The translations under genes were made by a program, and so were the position numbers. DNA of 64,000 nucleotides. Origin: Polyangiaceae bacterium (GTDB taxonomy: Bacteria > Myxococcota_A > Polyangia > Polyangiales > Polyangiaceae). This document shows, one piece after another, positions 46,707 to 55,012 of this stretch. A model generated the notes under the pieces. The model did no database searches. It had not been told where the DNA came from and saw only the letters and a list, made by a program, of their open reading frames with translations. Numbering within the stretch: position 1 is the first letter of the stretch; the number at the start of each line of letters is the position of its first letter. Location: positions 34,688 through 98,687 of the forward strand of contig JBGANF010000008.1 of NCBI GenBank assembly GCA_044222475.1. The letters are read 5' to 3'.

Positions 46707-47546
46707 ATGCGGTCGCTCGTGGCCTCAGTACTCTGCGCTGCGGTCTGTCTCGGCCACGTCGCACGCGCCGACGACACCGAGCGCGTCGACACGCGAGACG
46801 GCAGCAGCTATCGGGGCGAGCTCGTCGAACGGGTCGCTGGCGACCACGTCACGCTGAAGCTCGCGACAGGTGAGTTGAAGCGCATCGAGTGGGCGGACAT
46901 CGTCGCGCCGGTCGCGCCACCGCCCCCGCCTCCGCCGACCGCGAAGGCGCCGCGCCCGAAGTCGGGCATCACCGTCGACTTGGTCGCCAACGACGAGCGC
47001 GCGCGGCTCGAGAGATACACTGGGACTGGCACGGTCGACGTCGACCACGTGACGACGACGGGCATCACGCTTTACACCACGCAGCGAGACATCGATGTCT
47101 ACTCCGACGTTTGCGGTGTTCCGTGCACCGTCAGAGTCGATCCGGCCGCGCGATATCGGATCGGCGGCGAAGGTCTCATTCCGACGGATGGTTTCTCGCT
47201 GAGGAGTGGACAGGACAATCGAATCGAGGCGGTGTTGGCGACGAAGGCCAAGCGGACGACCGGTAAGGTTCTCACGTACCTCGGAATCCCGATCACCGTT
47301 CTCGGTGCGCTCTTCCTCACCCTCGGAGCGATCAGCTCGGATCAGGCCCCCTGCGATGGTTGCGTGCGGATGAAATCGACGTTCTTGCTCTGGGGCGGCA
47401 TCGTCGCCGGCGTCGGAGTGCCCGTGCTCACGATCGGAATCGTTCTGTGGGCGACGGCCACGTCGTCCGCGTCGATTGATGGCGAGAAGGTGTCCATCAA
47501 ACTACCCGGCGGCCTCGCGCTCTCACCAGGGGGGTTGTCGTTTTGA
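46707..47546 (+). CDS. secreted/membrane hypothetical protein
   Basis: Signal MRSLVASVLCAAVCLGHVARA. A poly-Pro stretch PPPPPPP and two C-terminal TM helices. Confidence 0.5.
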   Translation: MRSLVASVLCAAVCLGHVARADDTERVDTRDGSSYRGELVERVAGDHVTLKLATGELKRIEWADIVAPVAPPPPPPPTAKAPRPKSGITVDLVANDERARLERYTGTGTVDVDHVTTTGITLYTTQRDIDVYSDVCGVPCTVRVDPAARYRIGGEGLIPTDGFSLRSGQDNRIEAVLATKAKRTTGKVLTYLGIPITVLGALFLTLGAISSDQAPCDGCVRMKSTFLLWGGIVAGVGVPVLTIGIVLWATATSSASIDGEKVSIKLPGGLALSPGGLSF

Positions 47547-48274
47547 GGATTGTCGCGCTCGCTTTCGCGGCTTGCACGACGCTCGCGTGCATCACCGGTC
47601 CGGGGCCGCAACCAGCCGTGAGCTGCGTGGCGACCACCCTGTCGGGGATCAAGGGCTGTTCGTGCACGTCCGTCGATCAGGAAAGCAGCAGCGGCGGCGC
47701 CTGCCCGGCGGCCAACGCACCGGCCACGGTCTGCTGCGCGGAGATCTACTACCCCGAGTATTCCGCACGGCAATGCCGGTGCACCGAGTTGACCGTCGGT
47801 TGCGAATCGAACACCGGACCGTACTGCGAGTGCCACCAGATCTTCGATGCGACGAAGCCGATGACGAAGGCGTGCGTGCAGCCGACGACGTGGGCGGTGT
47901 GCTGTGGCTCGCTGTCGAGCGGGTGCTTCTGCGATGCCAATCCAGGGGTTTCGTGCGGTTCGAACAAGATCGCGAAGTGTGACTCGACGATTACGCCCGG
48001 AGCGCTTTGCGTGATCGGTAGCGATGGCCGGTGTTCGTGCAGCACAGCCAACAAGTCGGGCTCGCCGACCTGTCCGCCGCCACCACAGTTGGTGTGCTGC
48101 TCGAGTGAGTCCGAAGGATGGTGTCGATGCGACCCCGGCGGGACGTGCCCGACCGGGAGCAAGGGAGTTCCGTCCTGCACGACGGACGTCGTCGCACCGA
48201 TCGCGGCCAACGCAGCAACGTGCGGAAGCGCACTCCAGTCTCGCGTGAAGAGTTGCAGCCCCGTCGTTCGCTGA
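47543..48274 (+). CDS. Cys-rich lipoprotein (TTG start per ORF track, overlapping upstream stop)
   Basis: Signal MRIVALAFAACTTLAC. 40 Cys in 243 aa with repeated CxC/CC pairs. The start codon is TTG at 47543, overlapping the TGA of the previous gene. Confidence 0.45.
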   Translation: MRIVALAFAACTTLACITGPGPQPAVSCVATTLSGIKGCSCTSVDQESSSGGACPAANAPATVCCAEIYYPEYSARQCRCTELTVGCESNTGPYCECHQIFDATKPMTKACVQPTTWAVCCGSLSSGCFCDANPGVSCGSNKIAKCDSTITPGALCVIGSDGRCSCSTANKSGSPTCPPPPQLVCCSSESEGWCRCDPGGTCPTGSKGVPSCTTDVVAPIAANAATCGSALQSRVKSCSPVVR

Positions 48275-48305
48275 GTCGCCGTTGCCCGGTGCTAAGCTGG
48301 CGCGC

Positions 48306-49448
48306 ATGCCGTATCTGTTCGAGACCGAAGAGCACGCCACGCTCCGCGCGAACGCGCGCAAGTTCGCCGAGAAACACATCGCGCCGCATGCGTCGGCGTG
48401 GGAAGAAGCCGAGGAGTTCCCGCGCGAGCTGTACAAGACGATCGCCGCGGCGGGGTTGATGGGCCTCGGATATCCCGAGGCCGTCGGCGGCGGGGCAGGG
48501 GACATCACCCACGTGCTCGCGACCAGCGAAGAGATGGTCCTCGCCGGCAAGAGCGTCGGCACGGTGGTCGGGCTCGGGTCCCACGGCATCGCCCTCCCGC
48601 CGATCGTCGCGTCGGGCACGAAGGAGCAGATCGATCGCTTCGTGCGTCCGGTGCTGCGCGGCGAGAAGATCGCCGCGCTCGCGATCACGGAGCCCGGCGG
48701 CGGCTCCGACGTGGCGAGCCTGCGCACGCGCGCCGAGCGCGATGGCGATTTCTTCGTCGTGAACGGAAGCAAGACGTTCATCACGTCGGGCGTGCGCGCC
48801 GACTTCGTGACGACCGCCGTCCGCACCGGCGGGCCTGGCCACGGAGGCGTGTCGCTGCTCGTGATCGAGCGCGGTACGCCGGGGTTCTCGCAGTCGAAGA
48901 AGCTCAAGAAGACCGGCTGGTGGGCGAGCGACACGGCCGAGCTCACCTTCGACGGGTGCCGGGTACCCGCGGCGAACCTCATCGGATCGGAGAACGCCGG
49001 CTTCTTGGCGATCGTCGCGAACTTCGTCAGCGAGCGCGTGTTCCTCGCCGGCCAATGCGTCGCCATCGCCGAGCTCGCGTACCGTGAAGCGATCGCCTAC
49101 GCGAAGGAGCGCCAAGCCTTCGGCAAGACGCTCACCGGCTTTCAGGTGACGCGCCACAAGCTCGCCGACATGGCGACCCGAATCGCCGCTGCCCGCGCGC
49201 TCACCGGCGAGGTCGCGTCGCGCTACGTGCGCGGCGAGCAGACGCCGAGCCTCGCGGCGATGGCGAAGAACACCGCGACCGACATGTGCTCGTACGTCGT
49301 CGATCAGGCCGTGCAGATTCACGGCGGCTACGGCTACATGCGCGAGTTCGTCGTCGAGCGCTTGTACCGCGACGCGCGCCTCTATCCGATCGGTGGCGGC
49401 ACGCGCGAGATCATGAACGAGATCATCTCGAAGACGGAAGGGTACTGA
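48306..49448 (+). CDS. acyl-CoA dehydrogenase
   Basis: ACAD signatures ALAITEPGGGSDVASLRT, FVVNGSKTFITSG, QIHGGYGY and the C-terminal YPIGGGTREIMNEII. The likely start is the ATG at 48306 (MPYLFETEEH). Confidence 0.85.
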   Translation: MPYLFETEEHATLRANARKFAEKHIAPHASAWEEAEEFPRELYKTIAAAGLMGLGYPEAVGGGAGDITHVLATSEEMVLAGKSVGTVVGLGSHGIALPPIVASGTKEQIDRFVRPVLRGEKIAALAITEPGGGSDVASLRTRAERDGDFFVVNGSKTFITSGVRADFVTTAVRTGGPGHGGVSLLVIERGTPGFSQSKKLKKTGWWASDTAELTFDGCRVPAANLIGSENAGFLAIVANFVSERVFLAGQCVAIAELAYREAIAYAKERQAFGKTLTGFQVTRHKLADMATRIAAARALTGEVASRYVRGEQTPSLAAMAKNTATDMCSYVVDQAVQIHGGYGYMREFVVERLYRDARLYPIGGGTREIMNEIISKTEGY

Positions 49449-49455
49449 TCGCGTC

Positions 49456-50526
49456 GTGAACGACTCCGCGGCTCTCCACGATCTCGCCTTCTCGCTCGAT
49501 CTCTCCGAGCTCGCTGCGCTGCGCGCCCAGTTCGAGCCGATCGTCGGCCCGGCGGCGCAGGAGGCTCGGCGCGCCGCGCTCACCGCCGCGTACCGCGATC
49601 AAGGGATCGCGCTCGTCCTCGGTGCCGGCGTGAGCGTCGGCGTGGGCGCACCGAGTTGGACCGAGCTCATGGGGCGCCTCGTTCTCGGCGTCGTCGGCGC
49701 AAAGCTCGAGCCCGGCATGCCGATCAGTCCGCTCTACGAGCCGTTCAGTCGTCTGCTCGGCGAGACGCTCCCGAGCGACGCGCTCGTCGTCGCGCACTAC
49801 GCCAAGCTCGCGCTCGCCAACCGAGCACAGCCCACGGACGAAGCCTTCATCCGCGTCCTCCGTTCGGCGCTGTACCCCCCGGCCGCGCTGGCCGCGAGCG
49901 ACCTCTTGGCCGAGCTCGCCGCGATGTGCAGTCCTCCGGAGGACGGCGCCGTCGGAGTTCACGAGGTGATCACCTACAACTACGACGAGTTCTTCGAGGA
50001 GGCGCTCGTCGCGGCGGGGATCGATTTCCAGACGGTCGATCGCAACGAGCGTGCGCGCGGCGCGCTGCCCGTCTTCCACCCGCACGGGATCGTCCGTCGT
50101 GATCCGAGCTCCACCGGCAACTGGGTGGTCCTCGCCGAGGACGAGTACCACCGGCAGTTCGCCGCGCCTCACTCCTGGTCCAACGTGGTTCAGCTCAACG
50201 CCTTCAGTCAGATGCGGTGCTGCTTCGTCGGATCGAGCATGACCGATCCGAACCTGCGAAGGCTCCTCGCCGCCGCGCACACCGGCGGCCCGCCCGAGCA
50301 CTTCGCCCTCCTGCGCCGGCGGAGCGTCGCCGGCACGCTGCGGCGCATCGCCGACGCGTACGACGGCATCCCCGCCGAGCTGCAGCCGGCGCTGCGCGCG
50401 CGGGTCCAAGTGGCCTGCCTCGGTGGCGACGTGGCGGACGACATGACGCTCGCCGCGCTCGGGACGCAGGTCGTCTGGTTCGACGAGTTCGAAGAGCTCC
50501 CCGGTCTCCTCCGCGCGCTCACGTGA
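49456..50526 (+). CDS. SIR2-like domain protein (SIR2_2 / PF13289-type), GTG start
   Basis: Motifs in the family order: IALVLGAGVSVGVGAPSWTELM (GAG-S...P-W), VITYNYDEFFEEAL (TNYD box), VFHPHGIV (HG) and CCFVGSSMTDPNLRRLL (F-G-S-x-D-N). No Zn-ribbon of canonical sirtuins. 7 nt after the acyl-CoA DH stop and 13 nt before the next gene. Confidence 0.7.
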   Translation: MNDSAALHDLAFSLDLSELAALRAQFEPIVGPAAQEARRAALTAAYRDQGIALVLGAGVSVGVGAPSWTELMGRLVLGVVGAKLEPGMPISPLYEPFSRLLGETLPSDALVVAHYAKLALANRAQPTDEAFIRVLRSALYPPAALAASDLLAELAAMCSPPEDGAVGVHEVITYNYDEFFEEALVAAGIDFQTVDRNERARGALPVFHPHGIVRRDPSSTGNWVVLAEDEYHRQFAAPHSWSNVVQLNAFSQMRCCFVGSSMTDPNLRRLLAAAHTGGPPEHFALLRRRSVAGTLRRIADAYDGIPAELQPALRARVQVACLGGDVADDMTLAALGTQVVWFDEFEELPGLLRALT

Positions 50527-50539
50527 TAGAGGACGGTCC

Positions 50540-53092
50540 ATGTGTGGCGTCATCGGGTTGATCTACGAGCGTTCGAGGGATGATCTGGGGCAAGTCGCGG
50601 CCGAGCTTCTTCGTACGCTCGAGTATCGCGGCTACGACTCCACCGGCGCCGCGATCCAGGGCGACGGCGAGGACGTCGTCCTCGCGAAGGGCGTGGGCGC
50701 ACCGTCCGTCATGGTGCACGACCTCGGCATCACGCGGATGCGGGGCCGTGCGTTCTGCGGACAGGTCCGATGGGCCACCTTCGGGGCGGTGACCAACGAG
50801 AACTCGCAGCCCCACGTCGTCCGCTGCAAGACGTTCCTCTACGGCGCGCACAACGGCAACGTCACCAACTGCGACGATCTCAAGGCGTGGCTCACGTCGG
50901 AGGGGCACGCGGTGCTCTCCGACAACGACGGCGAGATGGTCGTCCACACGGTGGAGCACTTCTTCGCCCGCGAGCTCGACCGCTCGGCCGAGAAAGACGC
51001 GAACGCGCGGCGCCGCTGCATGCGCGCCGCGCTACTCACCGCCGCGGCGAAGCTCGAGGGATCGTTCGCCGCCGTCATCGTCGACCCGGTCACCCGCGTG
51101 ATGTGGGCGATCAAGCAGGGCTCGAGCTTGTATTTCGGCGTCGGTCACGACGCGGTCTCCGGCCACTTCGCGATCGCGTCGTCGGATTTGTCGTCGGTCC
51201 TCAAGCTCACGCGCGTCGTCGTCCCGATCACCGAGGGCGAGTTCGTCGAGTACGAGCCGGGCTCTCACCAGATCTACGCGATCGTGGATCGGCCGGCGGC
51301 AAAGCTCCGTGCCGGGCAGCCGCTCGATCGCGAGCCGGTACGAAGCCGCCTGCGCGCGAAGGACACGGCGCTCATCCCTCCGTTCGAGACGTTCATGGAT
51401 CAGGAGATCAGCGCACAGGCCGACACCGCGCGCGAGGTCGTGACCCTCTTCCTCGGCGGGTCGGAGGCTGCCCGGGCGATCGGCTCGGTCGCGCTCCGGC
51501 CCGAGATCGCGACGCACCTCGATGCGCTGCGCGATCTCTACGACGACGATCGCATCAAGACCGAGTTCCACGCTCTCGTCGATCTGCCCGCCTTTCGCGA
51601 GCTCCTCGAGAAGGTGCCCGACGTGGTCGCCCGCGCCGAGCAGCTCCACTCGGCGGAGGCCGGGTTCTTCACCGACCTCTTGTCGATGGCGCGGGACCGC
51701 TCCGACACCGTGGCGGTGCGCTTGCTCGATGCCATCCTCGAAGCCGAAGAGGTGCGCGAGTACGGCGCGCTCGTCGACCGCTTCGGCACGATGTGCCTCG
51801 ACGCACTGTCCGCGCGCGGGCGCATCTACGTCATCTGCTGCGGCAGCTCGTACCACGCGGCCAAAGCGGCGAGCCTCTTCTTCAACGAGCTCGCCCACGT
51901 CGAGCTCACGCCGATCCTCCCCGGCGAGTTCCGTGGTCAGTCCGCGAAGTCGCTCGCCGACGGCGATCTCGTGATCGCGGTGAGCCAGAGCGGCGAGACG
52001 AAGGACCTCATCGACGTCCTCAACGACGTGATCGCCTCCGGGCGCGCGGTGCGCCGCGTTGCGCTCGTGAACAACGTGAACTCCACGCTCGCGCAGGAGA
52101 AGAGCGACCTCGTGATCCCGCTCCGCTGCGGCCCCGAGATCGCGGTGCCGGCCACCAAGAGCTTCATGAACCAGATGGTGGTCTTCTACTGCCTCGCGCT
52201 CCACCTCGCCGAGCGGCGCTCGCCGGCGGCGAAGGACCTCGCGGTGCGGCGCGAGAAGCTGCGCTCGCTCCCCGAGCTCGTCCGCGAGACCGTCGCCACG
52301 ACCGACGTCGACATCGAGGTCGCGGCGAAGCTCCTCTACTTGTCGCCGAGCATCCACCTGCTCGCGACCCGCATCTCTGCCGTCGCCAAGGAGGGCGCGC
52401 TGAAGATCCGCGAAGTGGTCCTGAATCACACCGAGGGCTTCGAGGCCTCGGAGTTCAAGCACGGCCCCAACACGATCCTCGGGTTCAACACGGTGCTCGG
52501 ACCGGGGCGCGTCGACGCGATGCTCAAGCGCCTGGGGTTCATCCTCCGCAACGTCGTCTCCGAAGCCGCGCGCGAGAAGATGGATCCCGAGTCGGTGCAG
52601 CGCGTGATCCAGGCGGCGACCGACTCCGTCCTGTCACCGACGTCGACGCCCTTCTCGCTCTCGGCCGCCGAGCGCGCGCTGTTCGAGCGCACCGTCGATC
52701 ACGCCGAGCTCGTCGCCGAGCTCTACGCCGACTACCCGCTCGTCTACGTGACCGGGCCCGACGAGCGCGACGTGGCGCTCACCGTCTCGCAGATCAACAC
52801 CCACAAGATCCGCGGGTCGTGCACGGTCGTCGTCGCCGAGGATCACCCCGCGCTCCGCGGCGCCGCCACCAAAGCGCCGATCGACAACGCGTCGTACTGC
52901 TCCGTCTACATCACGCTCCCGCGCACCGACGACACTCTGATGGCGATGTTCTCGGCCACCGTTGCGCTCCAGCGGCTGGCGCTGTCGATGAGCCTCCTCA
53001 AGAAGCACTACCTCGACCGTCTCGGAATCGCCGAGCACGGAGTCCACCCCGACGTGCCGAAGAACGTGAGCAAGTCGATCACCGTCGATTGA
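50540..53092 (+). CDS. atypical GlmS-like protein: class-II (Ntn) glutamine amidotransferase domain + two SIS domains, 850 aa with insertions
   Basis: The catalytic Cys is right after Met (MCGVIG). SIS motifs are VICCGSSYHAAKAA, VIAVSQSGETKDLIDVL and EGALKIREVVLNHTEGFEASEFKHGP, with a C-terminus PKNVSKSITVD like GlmS PRNLAKSVTVE. A roughly 130-aa insertion lies between the FMDQEI linker and the first SIS domain, and further insertions follow. An SD-like GAGGA is 6 nt upstream. Confidence 0.75.
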   Translation: MCGVIGLIYERSRDDLGQVAAELLRTLEYRGYDSTGAAIQGDGEDVVLAKGVGAPSVMVHDLGITRMRGRAFCGQVRWATFGAVTNENSQPHVVRCKTFLYGAHNGNVTNCDDLKAWLTSEGHAVLSDNDGEMVVHTVEHFFARELDRSAEKDANARRRCMRAALLTAAAKLEGSFAAVIVDPVTRVMWAIKQGSSLYFGVGHDAVSGHFAIASSDLSSVLKLTRVVVPITEGEFVEYEPGSHQIYAIVDRPAAKLRAGQPLDREPVRSRLRAKDTALIPPFETFMDQEISAQADTAREVVTLFLGGSEAARAIGSVALRPEIATHLDALRDLYDDDRIKTEFHALVDLPAFRELLEKVPDVVARAEQLHSAEAGFFTDLLSMARDRSDTVAVRLLDAILEAEEVREYGALVDRFGTMCLDALSARGRIYVICCGSSYHAAKAASLFFNELAHVELTPILPGEFRGQSAKSLADGDLVIAVSQSGETKDLIDVLNDVIASGRAVRRVALVNNVNSTLAQEKSDLVIPLRCGPEIAVPATKSFMNQMVVFYCLALHLAERRSPAAKDLAVRREKLRSLPELVRETVATTDVDIEVAAKLLYLSPSIHLLATRISAVAKEGALKIREVVLNHTEGFEASEFKHGPNTILGFNTVLGPGRVDAMLKRLGFILRNVVSEAAREKMDPESVQRVIQAATDSVLSPTSTPFSLSAAERALFERTVDHAELVAELYADYPLVYVTGPDERDVALTVSQINTHKIRGSCTVVVAEDHPALRGAATKAPIDNASYCSVYITLPRTDDTLMAMFSATVALQRLALSMSLLKKHYLDRLGIAEHGVHPDVPKNVSKSITVD

Positions 53093-53110
53093 TGGCGTAG
53101 ACTGGGGTCG

Positions 53111-53506
53111 ATGCGTGACCTCGCGACCAAGCGCTTCGGGCCGGCGGTAGGCGCTCTCGTCGAAGACGAGCGCAAGCGGCGCGCGCAGCGCCCCGCGTGG
53201 ACCTACGCCGATCGGCCGCCGCGTCGCGCGGTGCTCGTCGCGAGCTTCGGTCGTCACGCGCAGGTGAAGATCCAAATCGACCCACGCGCCGAGGGCGTCG
53301 AGGCTCCGGCGCGCCTGCGCGACGAAGCGCGCATCTCGTTGACGCTCACCGAGGCGACGCCGAACCTCGTGATGGGTCCCGACCAGTTGAGCTTCACCCT
53401 CGACGACGAAGGCGTCCCCTTCGCGTGGGTCGTCCCGTGGCCGGCGGTGCGCGCGATCACCGTGGTCGGCGCGGAAGATCGCGGTTTCACCTGGGACCCT
53501 GCCTGA
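53111..53506 (+). CDS. hypothetical protein
   Basis: 131 aa with normal composition. It begins 18 nt after the GlmS-like stop, so it is possibly co-transcribed. Confidence 0.4.
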   Translation: MRDLATKRFGPAVGALVEDERKRRAQRPAWTYADRPPRRAVLVASFGRHAQVKIQIDPRAEGVEAPARLRDEARISLTLTEATPNLVMGPDQLSFTLDDEGVPFAWVVPWPAVRAITVVGAEDRGFTWDPA

Positions 53507-53561
53507 GGGTTCCCCAGGATCGCGGTACGTCGTCACGCCCTGACGGGGGTACAATGATCGA

Positions 53562-54296
53562 ATGGCCGGTCCCGCGCGCGTGCTCCTCGTGATGGTCGCG
53601 CTGCTCGCCGCACCAGCGTTCGTCGCGTGCGGCGCGCGGTCGGAGCTCGGCAACGGGCCGCTGGACGGAGGCGAAGACACCACCACCGATCGCGACGTGC
53701 GCACGGACGGGGACGCGCGTGCGGACGCGGATGCGCGCACCGACGCGGACGCGGATGCGGATGCGCGCACCGACGCGGATGCGGACGCGGATGCGCGCAC
53801 CGACGCGGATGCGGATGCGGATGCGCGCACCGACGCGGATGCGGACGCCGGCGCCGCCGATGCGACGCTGTTCCTCACCGCGATCGCAGTGACTCAGGAT
53901 CACGTGCAGCCGGGCGATCAAGGCCTCACCCCCGACGGACAACCCGACGGCGAGTTCACCGCGATCGCGAACGGAGCGTTCGACGCGTTCATCCTCGTCA
54001 CGACCAACCTCGTCGGCGATCCCTCGTTCGGACAACAGTGGGACACGCTCGTCGGTCAGGATCCGATCCCGCCCGGGTTCTCGTTCACGATCGGCGGCCA
54101 GACGTGGATCCTCGGAGTCTGGGAGAACGCCGTGCGCCTCAACGACGTGAACGGACGCGTGTCGATCCCCGCGGGGCCGCACACGCTCACGCTCTACGCC
54201 GCGAACAGCGGCTACTTCAACCAAGGCCGGCGCTTCCGCCTGTACGGGCGCTCCAACGCCACGTGGATCTCGAGCAACATCGCGGTGTGGCCGTAG
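53562..54296 (+). CDS. lipoprotein with tandem DADADADART decapeptide repeats
   Basis: Signal MAGPARVLLVMVALLAAPAFVACG. Four to five tandem in-frame 30-nt repeats encode TDADADADAR. The C-terminal 150 aa is non-repetitive. Confidence 0.55.
   Translation: MAGPARVLLVMVALLAAPAFVACGARSELGNGPLDGGEDTTTDRDVRTDGDARADADARTDADADADARTDADADADARTDADADADARTDADADAGAADATLFLTAIAVTQDHVQPGDQGLTPDGQPDGEFTAIANGAFDAFILVTTNLVGDPSFGQQWDTLVGQDPIPPGFSFTIGGQTWILGVWENAVRLNDVNGRVSIPAGPHTLTLYAANSGYFNQGRRFRLYGRSNATWISSNIAVWP
53700..53850 (+). repeat. in-frame tandem repeat, about 4.5 units of 30 nt (cgacgcggatgcggacgcggatgcgcgcac)
   Basis: Directly visible periodicity in the sequence inside CDS 53562..54296. Confidence 0.85.
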
Positions 54297-54335
54297 CCGT
54301 TCGTGCGCGGTCCGCCCGGAGCGTATGCTCGGGGC

Positions 54336-54998
54336 ATGTACGTCAACCAATCCATCCAACGTCCGCACGGGGTCACCGTGTTTGGTTCTTCGCTGACGCG
54401 GGTCGACCCCGACTACGCGTCGCTCCGCTTCGCGGTCGGGCGCGTGCTCCCAAAGCCGAAAGAGGCGTTCGCCGCCGCGCGCGAAGGGGCCGCGGCCGTT
54501 CGAAAAGCGCTCCGCGATCTCGGCGTCGCCGACCGCGACGTGCGCGCTTCGGACGTGAGCCTCGAAGAAGCCTACGAGGGCTACAACCAGGACCGGCGCA
54601 TGGTCGGCTACCGCGCGACGGTGACGTTCCACGCGATCGTGCGGGACTTCGCGCAGGTGGAGCCCGTGCTCGTCGGCGTCGTCGACGCGGGCGCGGATCG
54701 GATCCTGAGCGTGCACTCCAAGACGACGCGCCTCCGCGAGCTCCGCCGTGACGCACGCATGCGCGCGGTCGAAGCGGCGCGCGCGAAGGCCGAGGACTAC
54801 GTGAAGGCGGCCGGCGCGACGCTCGGGGCGGTGATTCACCTCGAGGACGTGAACCCCGAAGAGACGAGTCGCCGGAGTCACATGCCCGACGTCGATCTCA
54901 CCGCTCACGACGAGGCGACGACCGGAGCCGAAGTCCAGAACCCCGGCGGCATCGTCATCGCGGGCGCCGTGATGGCGTGCTTCGCGATCGTGCGCTGA
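54336..54998 (+). CDS. SIMPL domain protein (DUF541)
   Basis: Start MYVNQSIQRP. Motifs VTVFGSSLTRVDPDYASLRFAV, MVGYRATVTFHAIVRDFAQV and KAEDYVKAAGATLGAVIHLED follow the SIMPL pattern. Confidence 0.65.
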   Translation: MYVNQSIQRPHGVTVFGSSLTRVDPDYASLRFAVGRVLPKPKEAFAAAREGAAAVRKALRDLGVADRDVRASDVSLEEAYEGYNQDRRMVGYRATVTFHAIVRDFAQVEPVLVGVVDAGADRILSVHSKTTRLRELRRDARMRAVEAARAKAEDYVKAAGATLGAVIHLEDVNPEETSRRSHMPDVDLTAHDEATTGAEVQNPGGIVIAGAVMACFAIVR

Positions 54999-55012
54999 GG
55001 TAGGCTCGCCCC

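Noticed and set aside
53540-53561. TACAAT hexamer 10 nt upstream of the ATG at 53562 as a -10 box for a leaderless mRNA
   Set aside because: It is a single hexamer with no identifiable -35. Promoter consensus in this high-GC lineage is not reliably recognisable by eye.
53690-53860. Possible CRISPR-like array, together with the repeat at 12061..12192
   Set aside because: Both are head-to-tail tandem repeats with no spacers, lying in-frame inside lipoprotein genes. No cas genes are present. They are coding low-complexity repeats, not CRISPR.
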